Positions 10,133-19,640 of a stretch of 28,828 nucleotides of DNA are shown here, one piece after another. The position numbers were made by a program, and so were the translations under genes. Positions within the stretch are counted from its first letter, which is position 1. Each line of letters starts with the position of its first letter. Below the pieces are notes generated by a model. That model ran no database searches. It saw nothing but the letters and a program-made list of their open reading frames with translations, and was not told the DNA's origin. This DNA is from Deinococcaceae bacterium. GTDB lineage: Bacteria > Deinococcota > Deinococci > Deinococcales > Trueperaceae. The DNA is taken from NCBI GenBank assembly GCA_040256005.1, contig JBDZWC010000028.1:1-28828 (forward strand), read 5' to 3'.

Positions 10133-11203
10133 TCATGCCGGCGCGCCTGCCCGCACCTCGACCTGCTCGACAGCGCCGGCGGTGACGCGGTACAGGGCGT
10201 CATGGTGAGGCGGAGGCTCCGTGCCCGTGACGATCGCCTGCGGGGTACCAGCGGTGAGCGAGAGTAGGTACGCGCGCCTGTCGGCGTCGAGCTCGGCCGA
10301 GAAGTCGTCGACGAGCAGCACCGGCGGCTCGCCGTGCCGCTCGCTCAGCAGGCGGTACTCGGCCACCCTCAGGGCGAGCGCGGCCGTGCGGGCCTCGCCG
10401 CGCGACCCAAAGGAGCGCAGCTCCTTCCCTCGCAAGGTGAGCGCCAGGTCGTCCCGGTGCGGCCCCACCGCAGTGGCGCCACGTGCCAGCTCGACGGCGC
10501 GGGAGGCGGCGACGGCGTCCTCGAGCGTCGCTTGCTCCCAGTTGCGGACCAGGCTCACCGCGAAAGGGCTGGAGTCGCCCGACACCTCCGCGTAGACCTC
10601 TGCCGCGATGGGGCAGAGGCGTGCCACCAGTCGGCCCCTCAGAGCGTCGACCTCGGAACCGACGGCCACTAGGCGCGCGGTCCAGTCGGGCAGCGAGCGG
10701 TCGTAAGGGGCGTTCCGCAGTAGCGCGTTGCGCTGTTCCAGCAAGCGCAGGTACTCGCGCAGGAGGGCCGCGTAGCGACCGGAGACCTTGGAGATGAGCG
10801 CGTCGAGGTAACCGCGCCTGGCGCTCGGGGAGCCGTGCACCAGCTCGGAGTCCTCGGGCGTCACCAACACGGCGGCCAGGTGCCGCGCGACGTCGGACGT
10901 CCTGGCGGCCTGGGAGTCCATCTTCACGGTCTTCCGACCCACCGCCAGGCCGACCTCCACCCGGCTGAGGCCCTCCGAGTGCTCGACCTCCACGCCCACG
11001 TACGCCTCCTCCTGGCCGAAGGCGACCATGTCGCCCAACGTCCCCGAGGCCAACGTCGCGTTGCATCCCAGGTACGCCGCCGCGAGCAGGTTGCTCTTGC
11101 CGGCGCCGTTGGCGCCCACGATCGCCACGACGCCGTCCGGGAACGCCACCCGGTGCGTGGCGAGGTTCCTGAACGCCAGTTGTGTGAGCGACCTCAGGCG
11201 CAC
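10133..11203 (-). CDS. recF: DNA replication/repair protein RecF
   Basis: FRNL, Walker A GANGAGKSNLL, GSPSARRGYLD, GPHRDDL, GSRGE signature, PVLLVDDFSAELD. Confidence 0.96.
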   Translation of the reverse strand: MRLRSLTQLAFRNLATHRVAFPDGVVAIVGANGAGKSNLLAAAYLGCNATLASGTLGDMVAFGQEEAYVGVEVEHSEGLSRVEVGLAVGRKTVKMDSQAARTSDVARHLAAVLVTPEDSELVHGSPSARRGYLDALISKVSGRYAALLREYLRLLEQRNALLRNAPYDRSLPDWTARLVAVGSEVDALRGRLVARLCPIAAEVYAEVSGDSSPFAVSLVRNWEQATLEDAVAASRAVELARGATAVGPHRDDLALTLRGKELRSFGSRGEARTAALALRVAEYRLLSERHGEPPVLLVDDFSAELDADRRAYLLSLTAGTPQAIVTGTEPPPHHDALYRVTAGAVEQVEVRAGAPA

Positions 11204-11209
11204 CGTAGC

Positions 11210-11215
11210 AGTCTA
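11210..11215 (-). promoter_or_regulatory. -10 box TAGACT, leaderless-type promoter of recF
   Basis: TAGACT, 6 nt, then GTG 11203. Confidence 0.65.
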
Positions 11216-11272
11216 CCGCCGGCCGTCGTACGGCCCGTCCCTCGGCGCGGGAGCCGCCGGGGCAGCGGTTGG

Positions 11273-11278
11273 TACCAT
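11273..11278 (+). promoter_or_regulatory. Extended -10 TGgTACCAT, leaderless-type promoter of sufS
   Basis: TACCAT, 6 nt, then GTG 11285. Confidence 0.65.
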
Positions 11279-11284
11279 CGGAAC

Positions 11285-12514
11285 GTGAAGCTGGACGTGG
11301 CCACGCTCAGGGAAGACTTCCCCGTGCTCGCGCGCGAGGTGAACGGCAAGCCCCTGACGTTCCTCGACAGCGGCGCCTCGTCCCAGAAGCCGCGGCAGGT
11401 CGTCGAGGCGATGACCGAGTACTACTTCAACCATCATGCCAACGTGCACAGAGGGGCGCACACGCTCTCGGTGGAGGCCACCGAGCTCTACGAGTCCGCC
11501 AGGGCAGAGGTGGCGGGGTTCGTAGGCGCTCCGGGCCCCGAGGGCCTGGTGTTCGTGCGCAACACGACGGAGGCCATCAACCTGGTGGCGGGCAGCTGGG
11601 GACGCGCCAACCTTGGCCCCGGTGACGAGGTCGTGATCACCGTCGCCGAGCATCATGCCAACATCGTCCCCTGGCAGCTCCTGGCCGAGGAGAGAGGGAT
11701 CGTCGTCAAGGCCGCCGGGCTCACGCCTGACGAGACCGTGGACGTCGAGGACCTCGAGCGGCTCGTTGGGCCGCGCACCAAGCTGGTGGCGACGTTCCAC
11801 GTCAGCAACGTCCTAGGCTCCGTGAACGACATACCGCGTATCGCGCAGACAGCCCATGCGGCCGGCGCCTTGCTGCTCGTGGACGGCGCCCAGGCCGCCC
11901 CTCACTTGCACGTCGACGTGCAGGCGCTGGGTTGCGACTTCTACGCCTTCTCGGCTCACAAGATGTTGGGCCCGACCGGGATCGGCGCCCTGTGGGGCCG
12001 CCCCGAGCTCCTCGACGGCATGCCGCCGTACATGGGAGGCGGCGAGATGATCGCCCGCGTGTCGCTGGAAGGCACCACGTACGCCCCGCCGCCCAAGCGC
12101 TTCGAGGCAGGCACGCCCGCGATCGCCGATGCCGTCGGTTTCGCCGCGGCGGTGAGGTACCTGCAGCGCCTGGGGATGGACGCCGTGAGGCGGCACGACG
12201 AGTCGCTCGTGGAACGGGCCACCGCCCGCTTGAACGCCATTGACGGGGTGCGCGTCCTCGGCCCTGCCACCGGCCGGGTCGGGCTCGTGAGCTTCGTTGT
12301 CGAGGGCGTTCACGCCCACGACCTCGCCACGGCGCTGGACCTGGCGGGCGTCGCGGTGCGCGCCGGGCATCACTGCGCCCAACCCCTCGGCAAGGCGCTC
12401 GGCGTCGCGGCCTCCACGCGGGCGAGCTTCTACGTCTACAACGAGCCGCGTGAGGTCGACGTCTTCGCCGACGCGCTGCAGGAGACGTTGGCCCACTTCT
12501 CGGCCGTCGCCTGA
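11285..12514 (+). CDS. sufS: Cysteine desulfurase, SufS family
   Basis: LREDFPVL, FLDSGASSQKP, ANVHRG, EHHANIVPW, FSAHKMLGPTG, RFEAGTP, RAGHHCAQPL. Start GTG 11285; the track start 10835 overlaps recF. Confidence 0.95.
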   Translation: MKLDVATLREDFPVLAREVNGKPLTFLDSGASSQKPRQVVEAMTEYYFNHHANVHRGAHTLSVEATELYESARAEVAGFVGAPGPEGLVFVRNTTEAINLVAGSWGRANLGPGDEVVITVAEHHANIVPWQLLAEERGIVVKAAGLTPDETVDVEDLERLVGPRTKLVATFHVSNVLGSVNDIPRIAQTAHAAGALLLVDGAQAAPHLHVDVQALGCDFYAFSAHKMLGPTGIGALWGRPELLDGMPPYMGGGEMIARVSLEGTTYAPPPKRFEAGTPAIADAVGFAAAVRYLQRLGMDAVRRHDESLVERATARLNAIDGVRVLGPATGRVGLVSFVVEGVHAHDLATALDLAGVAVRAGHHCAQPLGKALGVAASTRASFYVYNEPREVDVFADALQETLAHFSAVA

Positions 12515-12957
12515 TGGGCCTGCTCGACGAGCTCTACCAGAGCGCCGTGTTGCAGCACTCGCGGCACCCGCGCAACGCCGGTGTGCCGGAGCGCTACGAC
12601 GTGGCCGTCCCGGGCGTGAACCCCGGTTGCGGCGACGAGCTCACCCTGTACGTGGCGCTCGACGGCGACGTGCTGGAGCAGGTCGCCTTCGAAGGGTCGG
12701 GCTGTGCCATCAGCCAGGCGTCCGCCAGCCTCATGACGGAGGTCGTCAAGGGAGGCACGGTGGACCACGCTCTGGCGCTGGCCGAGGACTTCAAGGCCAT
12801 GATCAGGGGCGAAGAGCCCGCCGAGCGGCTGGGCGAGACTCGGGCACTGCGCGGGGTGGCCAAGCTGCACGCGCGCGTGAAGTGCGCGACGCTGGCCTGG
12901 GTGACGCTGGAGGAGGCACTGGCGCAGGCTCGGCGCCAGGACACCGAGTCTGCCTAG
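12514..12957 (+). CDS. sufU: SufU/NifU-like Fe-S sulfur-transfer protein
   Basis: LDELYQ, NPGCGDE, GSGCAISQASAS, RVKCATLAW; TGATG overlap with sufS. Confidence 0.94.
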   Translation: MGLLDELYQSAVLQHSRHPRNAGVPERYDVAVPGVNPGCGDELTLYVALDGDVLEQVAFEGSGCAISQASASLMTEVVKGGTVDHALALAEDFKAMIRGEEPAERLGETRALRGVAKLHARVKCATLAWVTLEEALAQARRQDTESA

Positions 12958-13032
12958 CTAGACAGGTAAGTACTAGCGGGAGCAGCGGCCATGGTGCCCG
13001 GCTCGAGAGCACGGACCTGGGACCTGGCAGGA

Positions 13033-13575
13033 TCAGCCCGCCTCGACCGACGGAGCCTCTTCCTCCTCCTCGTGCCCCTCCAGCTTGCGTCGCCGCGGGC
13101 TGCGTGAGGGAGCGCGATCCTCGTCCGCGATGCCGTCCATCGCCTCCAGCGACCGCATGTACGCCTGGAGCAGGCCGCGGAACTGCTCGCGGAACAGCCC
13201 TCGTTCGCGCATGAGCCTGTCGAGCTCCGCCTGGGTGCGGCTGACCTCGTCGTCGAGGTCCGATACCCGCCGCTCCCGCACGCGCTCCGCCTCGTCCAGG
13301 ATCAGCTTGGCCTCGCGCTTGGCGTTCTCCTTGATCTCGTTGGCGATGCGCTCGGCGGCGATGACCGCCCGCTGCAGCTCGGCTTCCTTGGCCTGGAGGT
13401 CGCTGACCTGCTGCCTGGCGCCGTCGAGCTCGGCCTGGAGGTCCTGTACCTCCTTGAGCAGGTCGCCGACCTCCTCGGCCACTCTCTCGAGGAAGTCGCG
13501 CACGTGCTTGCGCTGGTAGCCCCCGGCGCCGCGCGGGAACTCCATGTGTTCGATCTCGAGCGGGCTCAGACGCAC
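13033..13575 (-). CDS. divIVA: DivIVA-domain coiled-coil protein
   Basis: LSPLEIEHMEF...GGYQRKHVRDFLERVA followed by coiled coil (AAERIANEIKENAKREAKLI); GAGGAGGT RBS. Confidence 0.88.
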   Translation of the reverse strand: MRLSPLEIEHMEFPRGAGGYQRKHVRDFLERVAEEVGDLLKEVQDLQAELDGARQQVSDLQAKEAELQRAVIAAERIANEIKENAKREAKLILDEAERVRERRVSDLDDEVSRTQAELDRLMRERGLFREQFRGLLQAYMRSLEAMDGIADEDRAPSRSPRRRKLEGHEEEEEAPSVEAG

Positions 13576-13597
13576 CGTCCCACCTCCTCCGCGCCGT

Positions 13598-14440
13598 TCA
13601 CAGCTCCGGCAGGACCGCGCGCACGAGGCGTTTGAACGACTCGCCCATGCGCTCTGCCATCTCCACGACCTGGTCGCCCGTGGCGTGCTCGTTCGAGTCT
13701 GGGAGCGCCATGTCCGTGATCGCGGACAGGCCCAGGACCCTCAGCCCCAGCTGCCTGGCGCGAAGCACCTCGAACACCGTCGACATGCCGATCGCGTCAG
13801 CTCCCATGGTCCTGTAGGCGCGCAGCTCGGCCCTGGTGGCGTAGCTGGGTCCGGTGATCGCCAGGTACACGCCCTCCCGCAGCGAGATCCCGTGCCGCAG
13901 CGCCGCGCTGCGCGCCGCCTCCTGGTAGGAGGGGTCGTAGCAGTCGAACATGACGGGGAAGCGTTCGAGCGAGGGGTCGGACAGCGGACCGATGAGCGGG
14001 TTCTGGCCGGTCATGTTGATGAAGTCGACCTGAAGCATCAGCTCGCCGGCCTTCCACTTCGGGTTGATGCCGCCACAGGCGTTCGTCACGAGCAGAGAAC
14101 GCACGCCGAGGGCTGCCATGACCGCTACCGGGTAAGAGACCTGCGCGGCTGTGAACCCCTCGTACGGATGCACACGACCCTGCATGGCCACGACCTCGTG
14201 GCCGTCCAGGTAGCCCACGTGGAGTCGGCCGGCATGTCCGGGCGCGGTAGACACCGGCATGCCAGGCAGGTCGTCGTAGGGGATCGTGACCCCGTCGACC
14301 TCGTCGGCCAGGCCACCCAGGCCGGACCCGAGGACCAGGCCGATGGCCGGGCGCAGGGTCGTCCTGGAGCCGATCGCATCCACGGTCGCGCCGATGCTGC
14401 TGTCGTGGCCGACCGCGCCGGCGCGGTCCGTTGTCTCCAT
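13598..14440 (-). CDS. punA: Purine nucleoside phosphorylase (trimeric PunA/XapA type)
   Basis: GLVLGSGLGG, STAPGHAG, QGRVHPYEG, TNACGG, GPSYATRAE, GADAIGMSTVFE. Confidence 0.92.
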   Translation of the reverse strand: METTDRAGAVGHDSSIGATVDAIGSRTTLRPAIGLVLGSGLGGLADEVDGVTIPYDDLPGMPVSTAPGHAGRLHVGYLDGHEVVAMQGRVHPYEGFTAAQVSYPVAVMAALGVRSLLVTNACGGINPKWKAGELMLQVDFINMTGQNPLIGPLSDPSLERFPVMFDCYDPSYQEAARSAALRHGISLREGVYLAITGPSYATRAELRAYRTMGADAIGMSTVFEVLRARQLGLRVLGLSAITDMALPDSNEHATGDQVVEMAERMGESFKRLVRAVLPEL

Positions 14441-14447
14441 GGGCGCG

Positions 14448-14453
14448 ATGATA
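14448..14453 (-). promoter_or_regulatory. -10 box TATCAT, leaderless-type promoter
   Basis: TATCAT, 7 nt, then ATG 14440. Confidence 0.65.
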
Positions 14454-14567
14454 CCGGTACGGGCGTCGGCGGCGTCCGCACTTACCCGCCCGTGCCGTGC
14501 GAGCGAGTAGCGAGTGTGGCCGCCGACACGGCTCGGCGGCGCAGCACTGCGCTCTCATGTGCGTAGG

Positions 14568-14573
14568 TAAGAT
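14568..14573 (+). promoter_or_regulatory. -10 box TAAGAT, leaderless-type promoter
   Basis: TAAGAT, 6 nt, then ATG 14580. Confidence 0.65.
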
Positions 14574-14579
14574 GCGCCC

Positions 14580-17234
14580 ATGCCGCGCCGTCTAGCCGTC
14601 GTGCTCGCGTTCGCCTCGGCCTTGTTGTCCCCCCTCATATGGGCCTCCGCCCAACCGGCCGCAACCGGTCGGATCGTCGAGGTGCGGGTGGAAGGCACGA
14701 CGACGTACGCCGACATCGTCCGCACGATCATCACGACCAGGGCCGGCACGGACGCCGCCTCCATAGACCTCGAGGCGGAACGCAACCGCGTCTACAGCCT
14801 CGGCACGTTCGAGAGCGTCAGCGTCGAGATCGAGCAGTCGTCCACCGGGCCGGTGCTGGTCGTCAGGGTCGTCGAGAACCCCCGCATCGGCGAGGTGGAG
14901 TTCGACGGCGTCGCCGCCCTGCAGCAGGACGCGCTGCTGGAGACGCTGGCCAGCACGCACCTGCTGGCGCCCGGACGGGTCTACAACAGCATCAGGGCGG
15001 CCGAGGCCCGCGACACGATCAGGCAAGCGTACCGCCAAGCCGGCTTCCCGTTCGACGTCGAGGTGGACCTGGAGCTGTCCCTGGCTCCCGACCTGGCAGA
15101 GAACGCCGCGAACGTGCCCGTGCGCCTCACCTACGTCGTCGACGAGGCCGCCACGGTCGAGGAGGTGCGGTTCAGCGGCAACACGGTGCTCACGGACGGC
15201 GACCTGAGGCAGATCTTCAACGCTGTCACCGAGCCCGGTGAGTTCGCGCCCCAGGTCTACCGGCAGGCGCTCCAGGCCGTCGCCAACCGCTACCTCGCTC
15301 TGGGCTACCGCGGCAGCGGGGTGGACGTCACGGCGACCAGCCTGCAGAACGGCGTCCTCGATGTCGTCATACGCGAGCTCACGATCGCTTCGATAGACAC
15401 GACCGCGTTGGGCGTAGACCCGGCCGACCTCAGTCTGCAGCCCGGCGACCTGTTCAACTACGACACCCTCCTGGAGGACGTGCGCCGCCTGGCTCGTGGG
15501 CGGTCGAGCGATATCCAGCTCGAGGCCGGGGTGTCGCCGACCGGGGGCGTGAGGGTCACGTTCCGGCTGGGGGCGCCCGAGACGGCGGGACCGGTACAGC
15601 GCATCGAGTTCGAGGGCAACACGGTCCTGTCCGACTCGGAGCTGCGCGAAGCCATGCGGACCGAGGTGGGCGACAACTTCGCCTCGGCCGTGGCGGACGA
15701 GGACTTCAGGCAGATCGTCCGCGCCTACCAGGACGAGGGCTACCGCATCGTCACCACGCCGGACTTCTCCTACGACGACGGCACCTACATCCAACGCGTG
15801 ACCGAGCTGGTGATCGCCGACTACGCGGTCGTGTACGACGGTGAACCGGGCGGCACGGACGAGACGGTCATCACCCGCTACCTGCCAGACCCGGGCACCG
15901 TTGTCAACGACGAGGACATCGTCAGGGGGCTGCTCGACGTCGCACGCCTCGGCGTCGTGGACATCGTGAACTACGGTCTCGAGCCCACCGCCGCGCCCGA
16001 GCAGGTCAACGTCATCGTGACGGTCCGCGACCGCTCCACAGGCCAGTTCCGGCCGGCGGCGCAGTACGCCACCGACACCGGTTTCTCGGCCAGCCTGGCG
16101 TACACCGAGAGCGACTTCCTGGGACAGGCGCATAGCGTCGGTGCCGAGGTCACGGCCACCAGCACCGACGTCGGCTTCATGATCGGCGGCCGGCTGAGCT
16201 ACGACATCCCCTGGCTGTACGTCGACTGGCTCGACTTCCAGGACGTGCCCACGTCGCTGTCGGCTTCGATCTTCAGCGTCGTGGCGAACAACCAGCCCCT
16301 CACCGCAGGGGGACAGACGACGATCTTCTACCCCGGCCTGCCAGAGACCGAGGAGAACAGGGTCAGGGTCGGCGAGTACACCTCGCGGTCGACGGGCTTC
16401 GGGTTCACCGTGGCCCGGCCGCTCACGCCCGAGATCTCTCTCAGCGTGGGTGCCAGCGGCTCGTACACCCAGTACCTCCTCGAGCCGGTGCGCACCGCCT
16501 GCGAGATAGAGGGCGACGAGGTCACCAACCCGAAGAACTGCTTCATACCCGCGGGCCAGGCGTTGCAGTACCTGCCCACGAGCGGCCTGTCCGGCTTCAC
16601 CAGCGCCAGGGTCAACTACGACGACCGTGACAACCCCGACTTCCCGACTGAGGGGGTCGGCGCCTACGGCAGCATCGGCGTGGGGTTCGGCAACGACTTC
16701 CTGCACCCGGACACCGGCGACCGCGTCACCTACGTCTACGAGCAGGTGACGGCCGGCGCGCGTACCTACTTCAAGCTCGCCGATATCGTCCCGGAGCAGA
16801 TCCAGGACGAGAACCACGTCTTCGGCGTGCGCCTCGACCTGGGCCACCAGTTCGGAGGGCTGTACCCGGCCAGCAAGCGGTTCTTCGTGGGCCAGAGCGT
16901 CGACGTGGCCACGCAGATACGAGGCTACCGGCGGGAAGACTTCGGGCTGTCACGAACTTACGCGACGAGCTCGTTCGAGTACCGCTACGACTTCCAGTTC
17001 AGCAGCTTCGCGACCCAGACGGTCATCGGCATCGTGTTCGTGGACGCGGGCTGGGCGTCGAGCGTGCCGGGGTTCCCCGAGTACCAGACGCCGTTGTTCG
17101 CGTCGGCCGGCGTGGGCGTGCAGGTGAACCTGGGCTTCGGCGGCGTGTTGCTGCCGGCCGTGCGCCTCGACTACGCCTTCAGCGAGAGGCACCCGACCGG
17201 CGTGTTCAGCTTCAGGGTCGGCCCGGTGTTCTGA
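14580..17234 (+). CDS. Omp85/BamA-family outer membrane protein with POTRA repeats
   Basis: Signal peptide; POTRA-like units (VVENPRIGEVEFDG, VEEVRFSGNTVL, VQRIEFEGNTVLSDSEL); beta-barrel with IRGY motif, FVDAG, GVGVQ, RLDYA and terminal Phe. Cannot tell whether it is the main bamA or a paralogue. Confidence 0.88.
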   Translation: MPRRLAVVLAFASALLSPLIWASAQPAATGRIVEVRVEGTTTYADIVRTIITTRAGTDAASIDLEAERNRVYSLGTFESVSVEIEQSSTGPVLVVRVVENPRIGEVEFDGVAALQQDALLETLASTHLLAPGRVYNSIRAAEARDTIRQAYRQAGFPFDVEVDLELSLAPDLAENAANVPVRLTYVVDEAATVEEVRFSGNTVLTDGDLRQIFNAVTEPGEFAPQVYRQALQAVANRYLALGYRGSGVDVTATSLQNGVLDVVIRELTIASIDTTALGVDPADLSLQPGDLFNYDTLLEDVRRLARGRSSDIQLEAGVSPTGGVRVTFRLGAPETAGPVQRIEFEGNTVLSDSELREAMRTEVGDNFASAVADEDFRQIVRAYQDEGYRIVTTPDFSYDDGTYIQRVTELVIADYAVVYDGEPGGTDETVITRYLPDPGTVVNDEDIVRGLLDVARLGVVDIVNYGLEPTAAPEQVNVIVTVRDRSTGQFRPAAQYATDTGFSASLAYTESDFLGQAHSVGAEVTATSTDVGFMIGGRLSYDIPWLYVDWLDFQDVPTSLSASIFSVVANNQPLTAGGQTTIFYPGLPETEENRVRVGEYTSRSTGFGFTVARPLTPEISLSVGASGSYTQYLLEPVRTACEIEGDEVTNPKNCFIPAGQALQYLPTSGLSGFTSARVNYDDRDNPDFPTEGVGAYGSIGVGFGNDFLHPDTGDRVTYVYEQVTAGARTYFKLADIVPEQIQDENHVFGVRLDLGHQFGGLYPASKRFFVGQSVDVATQIRGYRREDFGLSRTYATSSFEYRYDFQFSSFATQTVIGIVFVDAGWASSVPGFPEYQTPLFASAGVGVQVNLGFGGVLLPAVRLDYAFSERHPTGVFSFRVGPVF

Positions 17235-17257
17235 GGCCGACGCCGGACCTACGTAAC

Positions 17258-17292
17258 AGGGCGGCGCATCCCCCGGGGGGAGGCGCCGCCCT
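17258..17292. terminator. Long hairpin between convergent genes, probable terminator
   Basis: AGGGCGGCGC pairs with GCGCCGCCCT, extended by TCCC/GGGA; no clear U tract. Confidence 0.55.
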
Positions 17293-17326
17293 CTGGCGTC
17301 GTCTGAACCGTGCTAGGTGGCGGCTC

Positions 17327-17368
17327 CTAGGGCGCCGTGCTGCACGGCTAGGGCGCCGTGCTGCACGG
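17327..17368. repeat. Perfect 2 x 21-bp tandem repeat
   Basis: CTAGGGCGCCGTGCTGCACGG at 17327-17347 and 17348-17368; the second copy is the last six codons plus stop of the DUF285 gene. Confidence 0.95.
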
Positions 17369-19543
17369 CTCGCCCCAATGCGGCTTGTTGCCTGACTCGA
17401 GGCCCGAGCCGGCGCTGAAGTTCGTCGGCTCATCCGCGAACTGCACGACGCACCAGCCGGTGAGGTCCTGGTTGAAGCTCGTCGCGTTCAGGAAGAGGCT
17501 GTGCATGTCCGTGACACTGCTGGTATCCCAGTCCCCGATGTCCTGATCGAACTCGTAAGCGTTCGAGAACGTGGCCCGCAGGCTGGTGACCTTGCTGGTG
17601 TCCCAGGGCCCGATGTCCTGGTTGAACTCGTACGCGAGGTTGAACATGTAGTCCATGTCCGTGACCGAGCTGGTGTCCCAGCCGCTGATGTCCTGGTCGA
17701 ACTCCGTGGCGAGGGCGAACATGGATCTCATGGTCGTGACCTTGCTCGTGTCCCAGCCGCCGATGTCCTGATCGAAGAGGAGCGCCCGGTCGAACATGTA
17801 AGCCATGGTCGTGACGTTGCTGGTGTCCCAGCCGCCGATGTCGTCGTTGAAGCTCTCGGCGTTCCTGAAGGTCTCGGTCAGGTCGGTCACAGTTGAGGGG
17901 ATGGTGTCTGGAACGTTCGTCAGGTTGACCGCGTCGACGAAGGCCTGGGCGAGGCTCACGAACTGGAAGTCGCCCCAGGTGTCGAGGGAGGTGACAGCCG
18001 CGGCGTTCAGGTACTCTCCTGAGTCGTTGCCGACGCCTATGCCGACGCCGAAGCGAGCCCCGCTCGTGAGCGTGCCGGTGACGTTGATGGTGTAGGCGCC
18101 ACTGGCGGCGTACTCGTGCTGCGGCATCGACGGGTTTGCGATGGTATCGCTGTCGCCGTCGCCCCAATAGACCGTCACCTCGCCGAGGCCGGACAGCGGG
18201 AGCTCGAACGTGGTGCCCTCGACCTCCGGCAAGTTCAGGTCGATGTGGAGCCTCAGCGCCGCGTCCACCGGGAGTTCCACGCTGTCCTCGAAGGAAGGGT
18301 CATAGACGCTGGTGGCGGTGATCGTGACGTTGCCTACGCCCGCGGCCTGCACGTTGCCGGCGGCGTCCACCGTGGCGACGCTCTCGTCGCTGCTCTCCCA
18401 AGTGACGTCTGTGCTCGCGGCGCCGGCCACTTCGACGTCCGCCTGCAGCGCGACCTCCAGGCCGGGATAGAGCGCGCCCACACCGTCCGGGGCGGACACG
18501 GTGAGGCCGAGGACGCGGTCCTGGCCGGTGACGGTCACCTGCACCTCACCTTCTGCCGTGATCCCGTCGTCGTCCTGGACCATGTAGGTGAAGGTGTCCG
18601 ACGCGCTGTCGGCCGTGCCGAGGTGATCGTAGTCGGAGCCCGGGTCGTAGGTGATCGTGTCACCGCTCAGGGTGACCCGGCCGGCCGGGCCGACCGACAC
18701 CACGCTCAGTCCCAGGCCCACGTCGTTGGCGAGGAGATCGGCTACGGGGATGTCCAGCGGCAGGTCGAGGACGTTGACGGCGACCTCGTCGGTCTTCGCC
18801 TCGGGCGGTAGCAGGCTGACATGGAACGCCAGCTCGGTCACCGTCGCCCGCTGCTCGCTGTCGGTAACGGTCAGCGTGGCCGTCACGTCCCCCTCGGCCA
18901 GATAGGTGTGCTCTACGCGGCCGCTCCCGCAGTCAGCGGGCGTGATGGGGGCGCTGGCGTCGCCGGGGTCGAGGCTGCAGGTGAGGTCCAGACCGTCCGG
19001 GCTCCCCGCCTGCCACGTGAAGGTGACCGGCTGACCGACGCCGACGTTGGCCGTGTCGAGGTCTAAGCCGGTGACCTGGGGCGCGGGGTCGTAGCATTCG
19101 ACGGCGTCGTCGAGCGTGAGCTCCCGCCCGTCGGGGAGCGTGAGCACGAGGTCGCTCGTCCCCGTCGCCTCGTGGCTCGAGAGCGTGCCCGTGATCGTGT
19201 CGCCGACCCGTACCGTGACCGTGCCCACCGACGGCAGGGACACGGTGCGCGTCTCGCCCTGGACCTCGAGGTCCGTGAGGCCGGCGCCGCAGAGCGTGGC
19301 TTCGAGCTCGCTCCGGAAGGCGGTGCCCGCGATGGGCTGGAAGAGGTTGGCGCCGGTGATCGTCACGTCGGCGCCCTCCTGGGAAACGTTGCTGGGCGTC
19401 ACGCCGCTCAAGCTCGGCTCTCCCAGCGGTGAGGCGCCTGGACCGCCACAGGCGGCCAGGGCCAGGAGGAACAGCGCCGCTTTCGCGCTCGCACCGGAGG
19501 TGCGCTGCGCGACCGCGGCGGGAAGCCGCTTCCTGGTTGTCAT
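17348..19543 (-). CDS. DUF285/BspA-like repeat surface lipoprotein with PKD and Ig-like domains
   Basis: Lipobox LAAC (Cys32); PKD-like (DPGD...HTY...ATLTVTD); cadherin/Big_9-like (DLLAND...DTFTYMVQD); Big_2 ([21 protein letters not shown]); WGDG...HEY domain; 25-aa FNQDIGxWDTSxVTxM repeats. Confidence 0.88.
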   Translation of the reverse strand: MTTRKRLPAAVAQRTSGASAKAALFLLALAACGGPGASPLGEPSLSGVTPSNVSQEGADVTITGANLFQPIAGTAFRSELEATLCGAGLTDLEVQGETRTVSLPSVGTVTVRVGDTITGTLSSHEATGTSDLVLTLPDGRELTLDDAVECYDPAPQVTGLDLDTANVGVGQPVTFTWQAGSPDGLDLTCSLDPGDASAPITPADCGSGRVEHTYLAEGDVTATLTVTDSEQRATVTELAFHVSLLPPEAKTDEVAVNVLDLPLDIPVADLLANDVGLGLSVVSVGPAGRVTLSGDTITYDPGSDYDHLGTADSASDTFTYMVQDDDGITAEGEVQVTVTGQDRVLGLTVSAPDGVGALYPGLEVALQADVEVAGAASTDVTWESSDESVATVDAAGNVQAAGVGNVTITATSVYDPSFEDSVELPVDAALRLHIDLNLPEVEGTTFELPLSGLGEVTVYWGDGDSDTIANPSMPQHEYAASGAYTINVTGTLTSGARFGVGIGVGNDSGEYLNAAAVTSLDTWGDFQFVSLAQAFVDAVNLTNVPDTIPSTVTDLTETFRNAESFNDDIGGWDTSNVTTMAYMFDRALLFDQDIGGWDTSKVTTMRSMFALATEFDQDISGWDTSSVTDMDYMFNLAYEFNQDIGPWDTSKVTSLRATFSNAYEFDQDIGDWDTSSVTDMHSLFLNATSFNQDLTGWCVVQFADEPTNFSAGSGLESGNKPHWGEPCSTAP
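17453..17851 (-). repeat. Coding 75-bp (25-aa) DUF285 repeats
   Basis: Six units at exact 75-bp period: [48 protein letters not shown]. Confidence 0.92.
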
Positions 19544-19624
19544 GAGTTACTCCCGGGGATCAGCGATGAGACGTGGTGTCGGGGCGAACGGGGCTACCAA
19601 ATAGCATCCTCATGACATGCCTAT

Positions 19625-19640
19625 TGTGGAAGCCGCCACA
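19625..19640. promoter_or_regulatory. CRP-family-like operator TGTGG-N6-CCACA
   Basis: Perfect 5-6-5 palindrome, one symmetric change per half from TGTGA-N6-TCACA, upstream of the surface lipoprotein gene. Confidence 0.55.

Noticed and set aside
10835..11284. Long N-terminal extensions in the ORF track (sufS; also FUN14 4631, groES 5475, hom 21484, MBL 24934)
   Set aside because: They overlap neighbouring genes or promoters; downstream starts have a -10 box, SD or stop/start overlap and match family N-termini
11285..12957. sufS-sufU separated from sufCBD
   Set aside because: Split suf loci are common; no additional signal
17453..17851. 75-bp repeats considered as a CRISPR array or DGR template/variable repeats
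   Set aside because: In-frame protein repeats with codon-level divergence; no spacers, cas genes or reverse transcriptase in the window
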